Below are positions 7,226 to 16,647 of a stretch of 64,000 nucleotides of DNA, in pieces (position 1 is the first letter of the stretch; each line of letters opens with the position of its first letter). The notes beneath the pieces are model-generated. The model saw only the letters and a program-made list of their open reading frames with translations. It was not told the origin of the DNA and did not search any database. The DNA is from Candidatus Darwinibacter acetoxidans (GTDB lineage Bacteria; Bacillota; Limnochordia; Darwinibacteriales; Darwinibacteriaceae). A program made the translations under genes and the position numbers. The stretch is taken from the NCBI GenBank assembly GCA_041936745.1, contig JBHGWS010000143.1, positions 179-64,178 of the forward strand, written 5' to 3'.

Positions 7226-8413
7226 TTACAGTATATCCATTTCCCGGCCCACAAGTTCAAAGATTCTTACCGCTTCGGCCAGCTGCTCTTTAGTGTGGCC
7301 CGCCGTAACCATGCAGCGGACCCGGCCGGTGCCCAGCGGTACTGTCGGGAAAACAATGCCGGAAACAAAGACACCTTTATCCAAAAGCCTTCTGCTAAAT
7401 TCCATGGTCTTGGCTTCATCCCCAATAATCACCGGGGTAATGGGCGTTTGGCTGTTGCCCGTATTAAAGCCTAAAGTGCCTAATTTCTCTTTGAAATAAT
7501 TGGCGTTGGCCCACAGCTTGTCCGTGTATTCCGTGCTTTCCATCAGCATCTTTAGCGCTTCAATGATCGACCCTGCAGCAGACGGCGGCAGTGTTGTGCT
7601 GAATAAAACGGGCCTGGCCCTGTGGTTTAACCACTCGTACATTGTATTGGAGCCCGCCACATAGCCGCCCACAACGCCGATGGCTTTGGAAAGGGTGCCC
7701 ATCGTAAAATCAACCCTACCCTGCAGGCCGAAATGGTCCACGGTGCCCCGGCCCGATTCACCTAAAACACCGGACCCGTGCGCATCGTCTACGTAAGTCA
7801 GCGCCCCGTATTTTTCCGCCAATTCGACAATCTCCGGCAGCGGCGCAATATCGCCGTCCATGCTAAAGACTCCGTCGGTAATGATCAGTACGTTATCGTA
7901 TTTATCCCGTTCTGTCTTCAGAACATCTTCCAGGTGATTAGGGTCCGCGTGCTTGTAGATCTTGCGGTCAGCCCTGCTTAACCTGACGCCGTCAATAATG
8001 GAAGCGTGGTTGAGCTCATCGGATAAAATTAAGTCACCCCGCTCCGTAATTGCTTGGATGGTGCCCATATTGCAGTTAAAGCCGGACTGGTAGATAAAGG
8101 CGGCTTCTTCCCGCTTAAATTCGGCCAACAGCTCTTCTAATTCTTCGTGGATCGCCATATTGCCCACGATGGTCCGAACAGCCCCGGCTCCCGCTCCGTA
8201 CTTTTCGATCGCCGCGATTGCAGCATTTTTTAAGCGGGGATGGTTGGCGAAAGCGAGATAGTTGTTAGAAGACAGGTTGATGACCTTTTTCCCGTTTAAA
8301 ACTGCCGTCGCATCATTGCCGCCTTCCAAAACAGGCAGCCGGCGGTAGACTCCTTCTTTTTTCAACTCTTCAATTTTTTCTCGGAGAAATTTTAATTCGT
8401 GCACATTTCCCAC
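7226..8413 (-). CDS. kbl: 2-amino-3-ketobutyrate CoA ligase (glycine C-acetyltransferase), PLP-dependent
   Basis: 395 aa. Class-II aminotransferase/AONS family with the lysine motif region TLSKAIG. The C-terminus resembles E. coli Kbl. Sits near tdh. Confidence 0.85.
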   Translation of the reverse strand: MGNVHELKFLREKIEELKKEGVYRRLPVLEGGNDATAVLNGKKVINLSSNNYLAFANHPRLKNAAIAAIEKYGAGAGAVRTIVGNMAIHEELEELLAEFKREEAAFIYQSGFNCNMGTIQAITERGDLILSDELNHASIIDGVRLSRADRKIYKHADPNHLEDVLKTERDKYDNVLIITDGVFSMDGDIAPLPEIVELAEKYGALTYVDDAHGSGVLGESGRGTVDHFGLQGRVDFTMGTLSKAIGVVGGYVAGSNTMYEWLNHRARPVLFSTTLPPSAAGSIIEALKMLMESTEYTDKLWANANYFKEKLGTLGFNTGNSQTPITPVIIGDEAKTMEFSRRLLDKGVFVSGIVFPTVPLGTGRVRCMVTAGHTKEQLAEAVRIFELVGREMDIL

Positions 8414-8446
8414 TGCACAGACCTCCCATTTTGATAAACTCCGTTT

Positions 8447-9046
8447 TTAAAGGTATCTCTCTAAAATCTCCACAATCTTGCGGGCCGCCAAGCCCCGATG
8501 GCCTATTTTGTTTTTAACTGCGGGCCCCAGTTCCGCAAACGTCTGCCCGTATTCCGGGATTAAAAACAAGGGATCATAACCAAAACCGCCGTCCCCCCGC
8601 GGCTCACAGGCTATCTGCCCGCGGCAGAGCCCTTCTGCGTATTTGACTTCGCCGCCGGGGAAGGCCAAAGCCATCACGCAGCGGAATTGGGCAGCCCTTT
8701 TTTCTTGGGGCAGGCCTTTTAATTCCTCTAAGAGTTTGGCGTTGTTTTTTTGATCACTGCTCGGTTCCCCCGCGTAACGCGCCGAGTGCACGCCCGGCGC
8801 ACCCTTTAAGGCAGCCACTTCCAAGCCCGAGTCATCGCCCAAAGCCATTTCCCCGGCAAAGCGGGCGATTGTCAAAGCCTTTTTCTTGGCGTTTTCCCGA
8901 AAAGTAGCCCCGTCTTCGATAATAGGGGGGTAACTGCCCAGATCATTTAACGATACGACCTGCAGGTTTAAAGCTTTGGTCAGCGCCTTGATCTCCTCTA
9001 TTTTATGTTCGTTATGAGATGCAACCAATAAGCGCCGGGGTTTCAT
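8447..9046 (-). CDS. rdgB: Non-canonical purine NTP pyrophosphatase (dITP/XTP pyrophosphatase, Ham1/RdgB family)
   Basis: 199 aa. Starts [12 protein letters not shown] and contains GDDSGLEV...FGYDPLF, the Ham1 signatures. Overlaps the rph stop by 4 nt. Confidence 0.85.
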   Translation of the reverse strand: MKPRRLLVASHNEHKIEEIKALTKALNLQVVSLNDLGSYPPIIEDGATFRENAKKKALTIARFAGEMALGDDSGLEVAALKGAPGVHSARYAGEPSSDQKNNAKLLEELKGLPQEKRAAQFRCVMALAFPGGEVKYAEGLCRGQIACEPRGDGGFGYDPLFLIPEYGQTFAELGPAVKNKIGHRGLAARKIVEILERYL

Positions 9047-9783
9047 TGGCTGCCTCCGAATTTTGAAGTTAAATCCCCGACCAAAAGGCTTTTCTGCAGA
9101 TCGATCAGTTCCAAGATGCCTTTTTCTGCCAGATCCATCAGCTTTTCCATCTCGGCGCGCCCAAACGGGCTTTCTTCCGCCGTCCCCTGTATCTCCACTA
9201 TCTTCCCGCTGCCGGTCATGACAACATTAAAATCGGCTTGAGCCCCCGCATCCTCCACATAGCACAGATCTAAAAGGGGCTGGCCTTCCACTAAACCCAT
9301 GCTGATGGCCGCCAGGTAATCCTGCACCCCCGCGGCTCCTTCCACTTTTCTTAAAGCATCGGCTAAAGCGATAAAGGCCCCGGTTATGGCGGCGGTACGA
9401 GTGCCCCCGTCGGCTTGAATAACATCGCAGTCGATCCAAATAGTCCGTTCTCCCAAAGATTTTAAATCGACTACCGACCGCAGGGAACGGCCGATCAGGC
9501 GCTGGATCTCGTGCGTACGCCCGCCAACCCTGCCTCGGGAGGCTTCTCTTTGGTTTCTCTTTTCCGTGGCCCGGGGCAGCATGGAATACTCGGCTGTAAT
9601 CCAGCCAACACCCTGGCCCCGGAGGAAAAAAGGCACTTTAGGTTCAACGCTGGCGGTACAGATCACCTTGGTGTTGCCCACCTCAATCAAAGCGGAACCT
9701 TCAGCATGCATAATGTAATCGCGAGTTATCTGCACCGGCCGCATTTCATCGGCTCGGCGCCCGTCAACTCTTTTGTAACCCAT
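9043..9783 (-). CDS. rph: Ribonuclease PH
   Basis: 246 aa. [13 protein letters not shown]...TRDY...[17 protein letters not shown], the canonical RNase PH N-terminal region. Confidence 0.9.
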   Translation of the reverse strand: MGYKRVDGRRADEMRPVQITRDYIMHAEGSALIEVGNTKVICTASVEPKVPFFLRGQGVGWITAEYSMLPRATEKRNQREASRGRVGGRTHEIQRLIGRSLRSVVDLKSLGERTIWIDCDVIQADGGTRTAAITGAFIALADALRKVEGAAGVQDYLAAISMGLVEGQPLLDLCYVEDAGAQADFNVVMTGSGKIVEIQGTAEESPFGRAEMEKLMDLAEKGILELIDLQKSLLVGDLTSKFGGSQ

Positions 9784-10346
9784 TAATTTGCCTCCTTCAA
9801 GCCCGCATCCCGATATTTCTCGGCTCCCTGCTTAAAAAGGTCGTTACCTCGGCTGTCAACTGCCACAATGGCTGGAAAACGCTCTACAACCATGCGGTGG
9901 ACGGCTTCCGCGCCCAATTCCGGGTAGGCGACGACTTCCACTTCTTTAATCCGCTGAGCGATTAAAGCGGCTGCGCCGCCCACTGCCGCGAAGTAGACTG
10001 CGCCGTGTTTTTTCATGGCTTCAATTACTTCCGGGCTGCGGCCCCCTTTGCCGATCATCCCTTTTAAGCCTTTCTCCAAAAGCGGGATAGTCAAACCGTC
10101 CATGCGCATGGCCGTTGTGGGCCCGGCGGAACCGATCGGTTCGCCCGGCTTGGCCGGGCAGGGGCCGACGTAATAAATTACGGCTCCTTCCAAGGAAAAA
10201 GGCAGGGGCTTCCCTTCTTTAATCAACTGGACTAAACGCTGATGTGCAGCATCGCGGGCCGTGTAAACAACGCCGTTGATTTCAACTTCATCGCCGACCT
10301 TGAGCTTTTCGGCATTCTTTAGTGGGGTTGTTAATGTTAACATCAA
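9783..10346 (-). CDS. Fe-S hydro-lyase beta subunit (class I fumarate hydratase / L(+)-tartrate dehydratase beta chain, FumB/TtdB-like)
   Basis: 187 aa. Aligns along its whole length with TtdB/FumB ([18 protein letters not shown]). No alpha subunit is adjacent. Confidence 0.75.
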   Translation of the reverse strand: MMLTLTTPLKNAEKLKVGDEVEINGVVYTARDAAHQRLVQLIKEGKPLPFSLEGAVIYYVGPCPAKPGEPIGSAGPTTAMRMDGLTIPLLEKGLKGMIGKGGRSPEVIEAMKKHGAVYFAAVGGAAALIAQRIKEVEVVAYPELGAEAVHRMVVERFPAIVAVDSRGNDLFKQGAEKYRDAGLKEAN

Positions 10347-10358
10347 ATCGCCTCCGGT

Positions 10359-11720
10359 TCATGATTTATTTAAGTTTTCAACAAGTGTTCGGAAATGGGC
10401 GCCGCGGGCCGCAAAACTCTCGTATTGATCGTAGCTGGCACAGGCCGGTGATAAAAGTACCACATCACCGGGCAGAGCCTCTTTGGCCGCAAGTTTAACG
10501 GCCCTGTCTAAAGTCTCTGCCATCACCAGGGGGAAAGCCCCGTATTTTTCCACCGCTTTTTTTATTTGCGGCGCGGTATACCCGATCAAAAGTAACTTCT
10601 TCACCCGGCAGTGGATCGCCTTTCCCAACTCATCAAAAGAAAGTTTTTTATCCGATCCGCCCGCAATCAAGATGATGGGGGCCTGCAGCGAACGGAGAGC
10701 CGTGATTGTCCTTTGGGGGGTAGTGGCAATGGAGTCATTATAGTATTTGACGCCGTTTTTGCTGGCGATCAATTCCAGGCGGTGGGGCACCCCGGGGAAA
10801 ACCCGCCCCGCTTCTCGGATTGACTCCCAATCGGCGCCAATTAAATGGGCCATGATTGCCGCTGCCAAAAAATTAGCCGCGTTATGCGGGCCCAAGAGGC
10901 TCAATTTGGCCGCAGGCCCTAAGTCAACCGTACCGTTTTCGTCCCGGTAAAATAGATCGCCGCCTTTTAAATAGGCGCCTTTTTCAACTTCCGCTTCTAG
11001 GCTGAAGAAATAAACTCGGCCTTTGGCCTCTTTCGCCATTTGGCGGGTGATTTTATCATCGTAGTTAAAGATCGCAAAATCTCCCGGGCTTTGGTGGCGG
11101 TAGATTTCACGCTTGGCCTCGATATAATTTGCCATGTTTTGGTGGACATCCAGGTGGTTCTCACTAATATTAGTAAGAAGGGCCCCGTGGGGGCTGCTGC
11201 CCAACCGCTCCAATTGAAAACTGGAAAGCTCCAGCACAACCGAATCTCCCGGCCCCGCCTTTTCTATCTCCGTAATCAGCGGTGTGCCGATATTGCCGCC
11301 TAAAAAAGGCGCCAATGCCGCCTGCCGCAGCATTTCGCCGATTAAAGCCGTGACAGTTGTCTTGCCGCTGCTGCCGGTTATGGCGTAAATTGGCGCTTCA
11401 CTGTAGCGGAAAACGAGAGCAATTTCGCTTAAAAAATCTAATCCCTTTAACTCAGGCAGATGTTTGGGAATACCCGGAGTTAGAAAAACAGCGTCATAGC
11501 CTGTCAAGCCGCGCAAATAGCCGGGCCCCAGAATTAGTTCAACTCCCAGAGCCCGCAGTTTTTGCACCTGATCTTTCAATTCAGCAGCTGTTTTTTGATC
11601 CCTGCCGAACACTTGTGCACCCTTGTTTTGTAAAAACTCAATCAGGGCCATATTGCTGACCCCTAAGCCCACGACTGCAACTTTTTTCCCCTGCCACTCC
11701 TCATATATTTCTTTTCGCAT
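10359..11720 (-). CDS. murD: UDP-N-acetylmuramoyl-L-alanine--D-glutamate ligase
   Basis: Mur ligase motifs VAVVGLGVSN and ITGSSGKTTVT. The track ORF extends to 11825, but the probable start is the internal ATG at 11720-11718 (MRKEIYEE...), which shares one nucleotide with the murI stop (TAATG). Confidence 0.85.
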   Translation of the reverse strand: MRKEIYEEWQGKKVAVVGLGVSNMALIEFLQNKGAQVFGRDQKTAAELKDQVQKLRALGVELILGPGYLRGLTGYDAVFLTPGIPKHLPELKGLDFLSEIALVFRYSEAPIYAITGSSGKTTVTALIGEMLRQAALAPFLGGNIGTPLITEIEKAGPGDSVVLELSSFQLERLGSSPHGALLTNISENHLDVHQNMANYIEAKREIYRHQSPGDFAIFNYDDKITRQMAKEAKGRVYFFSLEAEVEKGAYLKGGDLFYRDENGTVDLGPAAKLSLLGPHNAANFLAAAIMAHLIGADWESIREAGRVFPGVPHRLELIASKNGVKYYNDSIATTPQRTITALRSLQAPIILIAGGSDKKLSFDELGKAIHCRVKKLLLIGYTAPQIKKAVEKYGAFPLVMAETLDRAVKLAAKEALPGDVVLLSPACASYDQYESFAARGAHFRTLVENLNKS

Positions 11721-12505
11721 TATGCTTTCACTCCCGGCATTCGGTGCAGTTTCACTGGGGGGATCTCCCCGCCCAAAAGTTTTTCCGCCGTAGATTGGAA
11801 TTTGGCGGGCTCCGCACTTACCCAAAATTCGCTGCTGCCCGCGGCCTGCAGCGAATTAAAGCTGCAGAACCGCTCTTTTACTTCCAAGGCCAAAGCCAAA
11901 GCGGGATCCACAATCTTAACATTACCGGCCAGGCGGGCAATTGCTTTGCTTAAAAAAGGGTAGTGCGTGCAGCCTAAAAGCAAGGTATCTATGCCCGCGG
12001 CAAGTAAAGGGGCTAAATAAAGTGCCAGGGCTTCTTCGACCTCCTGCCCTTCGATCAGGCCTTCTTCCACTAAAGGCACCAGCTTGGCGGCGCTGACAGC
12101 CGTAATTGACCAATCGGGGCGCAGCTTTTTCAGGCGCTGTTGGTACACGCCGCTTTTCACCGTTGCCGTAGTGGCCAAAAGGCCCACCCGGCCCCGGGCC
12201 GCGGGCAGAGTGGCCCGCAAGCCCGCCTCGATTATACCAATGACGGGTAGAGGCGCTTGATCCTGTACGGCGGGTAAAACGACTGCGCTCGAGGTGTTGC
12301 AGGCCATTACTACCGCCTGCACTTGTTTCTTCTCGAAAAAGCGATAAATCTGCCAAAAATAACTCTGCAGTTGGGCGGGGCTTTTTTCGCCGTAGGGCAT
12401 GTGGGCGGTATCGCCGAAATAAATTAGTTTGGCGTTGACTACGCCCCGCAGCTTACGCCAAACTGACAGCCCTCCCAAGCCTGAATCATATATTCCTATT
12501 ATCAA
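11720..12505 (-). CDS. murI: Glutamate racemase
   Basis: Asp/Glu racemase signature IGIYDSGLGGLSV. The probable TTG start at about 12505 is preceded by GGGAGGA. The upstream extension in the track would overlap gerM. Confidence 0.8.
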   Translation of the reverse strand: MIIGIYDSGLGGLSVWRKLRGVVNAKLIYFGDTAHMPYGEKSPAQLQSYFWQIYRFFEKKQVQAVVMACNTSSAVVLPAVQDQAPLPVIGIIEAGLRATLPAARGRVGLLATTATVKSGVYQQRLKKLRPDWSITAVSAAKLVPLVEEGLIEGQEVEEALALYLAPLLAAGIDTLLLGCTHYPFLSKAIARLAGNVKIVDPALALALEVKERFCSFNSLQAAGSSEFWVSAEPAKFQSTAEKLLGGEIPPVKLHRMPGVKA

Positions 12506-12524
12506 TATTATTCCTCCCGCAAGG

Positions 12525-13055
12525 CTAGATTGGAAAACTGCCCAACAGAGTATAATCTTTTTTAAGCGGTTTGCCGATAAAAAGATGGCCCACCAAAGTT
12601 GCGACCCGCTCGCCTTCAACTAAAATTTGGACGTCTTCGATCCCCGCCACCCCTACTAAGGTATTCACTATGCCATAAACTGTCATCATTTCGCCCCGGC
12701 TGCCGCCCGGGTGGGCGGAAATTAAATGATGGCTGAAATTAACCACAAGCAGGCTGTCTTCCAGTGCGTAATCCAAAAGCTCCACACCCTCAGGCAGCAC
12801 AGGAGCCAAACCGGGCTCTGTAGGGCCTTTAATCAATGCCCAAATCAGATCCTCAATACTGCCGCTCGTTTTGCGAAATTCCGGCAGTAGCCACTTCGCA
12901 TCGGCAGAGGAAAAATAAATAGGGGTAAGAGGTAAATCCTCATCGATAAAAGCCGGCGAAAGGGCCTTTTCTTGGTAAGTCAGCCAGGCCATGCGCCCTA
13001 AAAGCAGCAGTGCCAAGAGAGTTAAGCACAAAGCAATCCTGCGCTCCCAAATCAT
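12525..13055 (-). CDS. gerM: GerM-like sporulation/germination lipoprotein (GerMN domain)
   Basis: 176 aa with an N-terminal TM/signal segment. Its position immediately upstream of murI, rph and rdgB mirrors the B. subtilis gerM-racE-ysmB-rph-ysnA synteny. Overlaps the amidase stop (ATGA). Confidence 0.65.
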   Translation of the reverse strand: MIWERRIALCLTLLALLLLGRMAWLTYQEKALSPAFIDEDLPLTPIYFSSADAKWLLPEFRKTSGSIEDLIWALIKGPTEPGLAPVLPEGVELLDYALEDSLLVVNFSHHLISAHPGGSRGEMMTVYGIVNTLVGVAGIEDVQILVEGERVATLVGHLFIGKPLKKDYTLLGSFPI

Positions 13056-14809
13056 TGCCCCAGACCCCCTGCTTCTTTGATTTCGTCAAAGAACCGCACA
13101 ACCCCGTGGAAAATACCTTCTGCCGCAGCCCGCTGGAAACCCTCAGCTTTCAGCAGAATTTCCTCCTCGGGGTGATCGAGGAAACCAACTTCCACCAATA
13201 TCGCGGGTATGGTAGAGCCGTTGAAAACAGCAAGATCATCGCGTGGCCAAATCCGCCTGTCAATCAGGGTGATAGCTTTGACTAACTCATCCTGCACACT
13301 GCGGGCCAAGAGTTGGGAAATTTGGTCCCCCGCTCTATATAATGTCTCGGTACCGCGAGCCGTACCCCTCTTAATGTGCGAATTGGTATGTACTGAAACA
13401 TAAATATCCGCCTGTGCCGCGATTGCCAACTCGGGTCTTTCAAAAATGGAAACGTAAACATCTTTTTCCCTGGTGTAGACCACCTGCGCCCCCGCCTTCT
13501 GTAGAAGTTCACCTAAAAATTTGCTGACCGCCAAAGCTATATCTTTTTCGAAAGTGCCGTCATGGCCGATGGCCCCCGGATCAGAACCGCCGTGGCCCGG
13601 ATCGACGGCGATCACCAAGCCCGCCAACTCCCCTGTGCCGGCCGCCGCCTTTTTCACAGGTTCGACAGCCTTCTGTTCTTCCGCCGGCTCCAATTCAGCT
13701 AAAAAAGCCTCTGCTTCCGCGGCGCTTCCCGCAAATAAGGGAAGCATAAAGCGGCTGCCCTCCGCCTGCAGGGCCAAGGGGGCAACGGGTTTTAACAGAT
13801 CGAGCACAATCCTGGTTGTCGAAGGCAGATGCTGGCTGGCCCTGAGGCGGGCAATGCGGTCGTGCTCAACTGGGATATTTCTGGCAGAGCCGATGAGCGT
13901 TGTATTCTGCAGATCAATTACCAAACGATCCGGATCTTCCAGATAGACCAGGCGAAATTCCGGCTCCGCCGAGATTTCCAGCCACAAACCGGCTAACCCG
14001 TCCGCAATTTCCAGGCCTAAATCGGCCAGCAGGTAATTAAATTCAACTTCCAAACCGCCCTCAGGCCAGGGGCTGATCCGGTAGCCCGTCGAAGCATTTA
14101 AATCAAAAACCAGCCGCATGGTCTGCTCATCGAAAGGGCTGCTCCTTATTTTCTCAACGATGACATCATCCACTGCCACAGCAGGCAGCGCCTCACCGCC
14201 CACCCCGAATAAATCGAGCACTAAGCGGTCCGGGTTCACCAATAAATTTGTCTGGTACCCCGTGTATGATTCCAAATCAATAAAAACCCGGGAGCGGGGC
14301 CCGCCCATGTAAATTATTTCTTTTAAATTTCTTTCCGCCGCCGCGGCTTCCGCATCTTTCTGGGGAGTTTTTCCCGGTTTTTCCCTCGGCCCGAAACCCT
14401 CCAGCCTCAGCGCCATTAATTCCTGCACAAAAACAAGGTCCAAACCCCGCCGGTCCGCAATAAAACGCAGGGGTACAATTACCCCGCCTTCAACCTCCCG
14501 AGGTGCCACATCCAGTTTATAGGTTTTTTCACCTACCTGTGAACTTTCCTCGCCGAGCTGCATAATAATGGTTTGATCGGGAAACGTCACGGAGATCTTT
14601 CCATCATCTTTGGAAACAGCTAGTTCCGCACCTAAATATTCGGACAAAACTTCCAAGGGGATCATAATGTTGCCGTTAATCATGACTAAAGGCTGCTGCA
14701 GCAACACCTCCTCGTCTTCGACATAAAGTTTAAAAGAAGCGTTGGAGAAGCCTTGCCAAAAAAATAAGATTAAAATTAGACCGCTGATTATCCGGGCAGC
14801 TCTCTTCAT
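13052..14809 (-). CDS. N-acetylmuramoyl-L-alanine amidase (Amidase_3) with N-terminal copper-amine-oxidase-like and AMIN domains
   Basis: 585 aa with a signal peptide. The N-terminus INGNIMIPLEVLSEYLGAEL / VPLRFIADRRGLDLVF is Cu_amine_oxidN1-like. Central DRLVLDL repeats are AMIN-like. The C-terminus VIAVDPGHGGSDPGA is the Amidase_3 catalytic motif. Confidence 0.75.
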   Translation of the reverse strand: MKRAARIISGLILILFFWQGFSNASFKLYVEDEEVLLQQPLVMINGNIMIPLEVLSEYLGAELAVSKDDGKISVTFPDQTIIMQLGEESSQVGEKTYKLDVAPREVEGGVIVPLRFIADRRGLDLVFVQELMALRLEGFGPREKPGKTPQKDAEAAAAERNLKEIIYMGGPRSRVFIDLESYTGYQTNLLVNPDRLVLDLFGVGGEALPAVAVDDVIVEKIRSSPFDEQTMRLVFDLNASTGYRISPWPEGGLEVEFNYLLADLGLEIADGLAGLWLEISAEPEFRLVYLEDPDRLVIDLQNTTLIGSARNIPVEHDRIARLRASQHLPSTTRIVLDLLKPVAPLALQAEGSRFMLPLFAGSAAEAEAFLAELEPAEEQKAVEPVKKAAAGTGELAGLVIAVDPGHGGSDPGAIGHDGTFEKDIALAVSKFLGELLQKAGAQVVYTREKDVYVSIFERPELAIAAQADIYVSVHTNSHIKRGTARGTETLYRAGDQISQLLARSVQDELVKAITLIDRRIWPRDDLAVFNGSTIPAILVEVGFLDHPEEEILLKAEGFQRAAAEGIFHGVVRFFDEIKEAGGLGQ

Positions 14810-14886
14810 TCTTTTACCTCCACTAGGTGATATTACCTCAATTTCGCTTTCAAGTGGTGTAATCCTGCATCAAGGAGGAATCCTCT

Positions 14887-15717
14887 ATGCTTTCGGGCAT
14901 CTGGTGGCGCCTGTGCAGAGTTGGCATAATAATACTGCTGATCTATTTAACGGCAGCCTACGCCTGCCTTATCACCATTATTATTCGTAAAGAGGTGCGG
15001 ATTCTCGACGCTGCCAAAGTTATTTCCGCTCTCAGCACCGGCAATAAAGTTGATCCCGCTTTGGGAGTTTTGGAGGCCCAGGTTCGCAGCGTCTTTGGGG
15101 ATCCCATCCCCCATGCGGTAATTTTATTGGCGGATCGGCTGGTACAAGCGGACAATACCGGTAACTTTCGAATAATAAATATTAAGCCCGGCACCTATAC
15201 GCTGGAGATTTTAGCCGGCGATTATGAGAAATACGCAAGGGAAATTAAAATCGAGGCGGGGGTGAACAGCCCGCCCATAAAATACGACTTGGGGTTATGG
15301 CCGCAGGATTTTTTAGTTGACTTTCATATTTTCTACAAAGATGCGGGTGAGGTCTTAGGGATCGCCGGCTTTGCCAACGGCGCAGAAGAGCCGATTTTTA
15401 TCGAGCGGGCCACGATTTTAGATCCGAGCGGTAAAGTAATAACGGATATTTTACACGATAACGACGGCTTCGCCTATTATGCCGATCTCTCCAGCCGCCT
15501 GGAGATTGTAAACGAACCGCAAAAGGCATTGAAGTGGCCGCCCCGCATGTGGCAGAGCGGCGAGTTTGCCCCGCTCGCGGGCAATTTTCCCCCGGGCCCA
15601 TACAGCCTGGAGGTACACTACGCCTTTGCCACGGGGCATAAGCTGGGCCAATACAGAGTGCTTGTGATCACCGATCACCTGGATTGGGACAGCAACTGGA
15701 ACCCCCACCTGCCTTAA
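14887..15717 (+). CDS. Hypothetical membrane-anchored protein with a carboxypeptidase-regulatory-like (CarboxypepD_reg / Ig-like) domain
   Basis: 276 aa with an N-terminal TM helix. VILLADRLVQADNTGNFRIINIKPGTYTLEI matches the CarboxypepD_reg pattern. It is the only + strand gene inside a long minus-strand run. Confidence 0.5.
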   Translation: MLSGIWWRLCRVGIIILLIYLTAAYACLITIIIRKEVRILDAAKVISALSTGNKVDPALGVLEAQVRSVFGDPIPHAVILLADRLVQADNTGNFRIINIKPGTYTLEILAGDYEKYAREIKIEAGVNSPPIKYDLGLWPQDFLVDFHIFYKDAGEVLGIAGFANGAEEPIFIERATILDPSGKVITDILHDNDGFAYYADLSSRLEIVNEPQKALKWPPRMWQSGEFAPLAGNFPPGPYSLEVHYAFATGHKLGQYRVLVITDHLDWDSNWNPHLP

Positions 15718-15775
15718 AAACCTATTTGAGGAAACCGCCTAACTCTGCTATAATTAAGCCGGGAAGGGGATTGTT

Positions 15776-16231
15776 ATGGGCCAAATTAAACCTGTATCCG
15801 TTAACCGCAGGGCCCGCCACGATTATCACATCGAAGAGACAATCGAAGCGGGAATTGTGCTGAAAGGAACCGAAGTAAAATCGATCCGGCAGGGTAAGGT
15901 GAATATCAGAGACAGCTTCGGCCGGGTGGAAAACGGCGAAGTCTTTCTCTATGATATGCATATCAGCCCTTACGAGCAGGGTAACCGCTTTAACCACGAT
16001 CCTCTTCGGGTCCGTAAACTTCTTTTACACAAACGGGAGATCAGGCGTCTCGCCCGGCGGACTCGGGAAGACGGTTATACTTTGATCCCAACCCGCCTTT
16101 ATTTCTCCAACGGAAGATGCAAGGTAGAGTTAGGCGTAGCCAAGGGCAAAAGGGTCTACGATAAACGGGAATCCATTGCCAAAAGAGATGCGGACAGAAG
16201 AGCCAGGCAGGCCGTGCGGCGCAGGCGCTGA
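15776..16231 (+). CDS. smpB: SsrA-binding protein
   Basis: 151 aa. [26 protein letters not shown] and the C-terminal basic tail are canonical SmpB. It is immediately upstream of tmRNA. Confidence 0.9.
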   Translation: MGQIKPVSVNRRARHDYHIEETIEAGIVLKGTEVKSIRQGKVNIRDSFGRVENGEVFLYDMHISPYEQGNRFNHDPLRVRKLLLHKREIRRLARRTREDGYTLIPTRLYFSNGRCKVELGVAKGKRVYDKRESIAKRDADRRARQAVRRRR

Positions 16232-16242
16232 ACCGCGCCCGC

Positions 16243-16271
16243 TTGACAAAAATGGGCATTTTTGATATTCT
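16243..16271 (+). promoter_or_regulatory. Putative sigma-A promoter of ssrA (tmRNA)
   Basis: TTGACA (16243-16248), a 17-nt spacer, TATTCT (16266-16271), about 11 nt upstream of the mature 5' GGGGG. Confidence 0.5.
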
Positions 16272-16282
16272 GAAAACAGCTC

Positions 16283-16632
16283 GGGGGTGAATTAGTTTCG
16301 ACGTGGGTAGGATGAGCATCAGAAGCGAGCCGAGGTCCCCAATGCCTCGTTAAAAGTGGGATTTAATTTAACTGCAAACAATAATTACGCTTTAGCTGCT
16401 TAGATCGGCTAACGTCCCTTGTTTCTCCGTCCGTTAGAAACAAGACCGACGTCAAATTACGGACTACCCTTTTGGCGCCGCCCGGAGCCGAGATGGGGAA
16501 ACTTACGGGCTGGTTCATTCTTCAACTGGCTGCAGAGTAGTCGGATGAACGAGAATTAGACTGCAGCTGCGCTCGGAGATGCTGGTGTGATTTCACTTGC
16601 GGACAGCGGTGCAACTCCGCTCACCTCCACCA
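16283..16632 (+). ncRNA. ssrA: tmRNA (transfer-messenger RNA, SsrA). The tag reading frame encodes ANNNYALAA then stop.
   Basis: 5' GGGGGTGAATTAGTTTCGACGTGGG fits the tmRNA consensus (GGGG..GUUUCGACG.GGG). The tag ORF GCA AAC AAT AAT TAC GCT TTA GCT GCT TAG is at about 16375-16404. The 3' tRNA-like end GGACAGCGGTGCAACTCCGCTCACCTCCACCA includes the T-arm and CCA. It follows smpB, as is usual. Confidence 0.85.
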
Positions 16633-16647
16633 ATATTTGAAATTGCT

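Noticed and set aside
7042-7293. ORF 7042-7293 (+) spanning the kbl terminator region.
   Set aside because: It runs across two terminator hairpins and into the kbl C-terminus on the opposite strand, and has no RBS. Its apparent similarity to ORF 6031-6234 (FTVYSFPCPQV vs [11 protein letters not shown]) is just the duplicated kbl 3' segment read in the wrong strand.
10359-12619. N-terminal extensions in track ORFs for murD (to 11825), murI (to 12619), tpiA (to 22911), glmM (to 40781), nagB (to 30899), selO (from 60807) and glpK (to 48849).
   Set aside because: In each case the extension has no family homology, overlaps the upstream gene or lacks an RBS, while an internal start (ATG/GTG/TTG) with a good Shine-Dalgarno sequence reproduces the canonical N-terminus. 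I called the internal starts.
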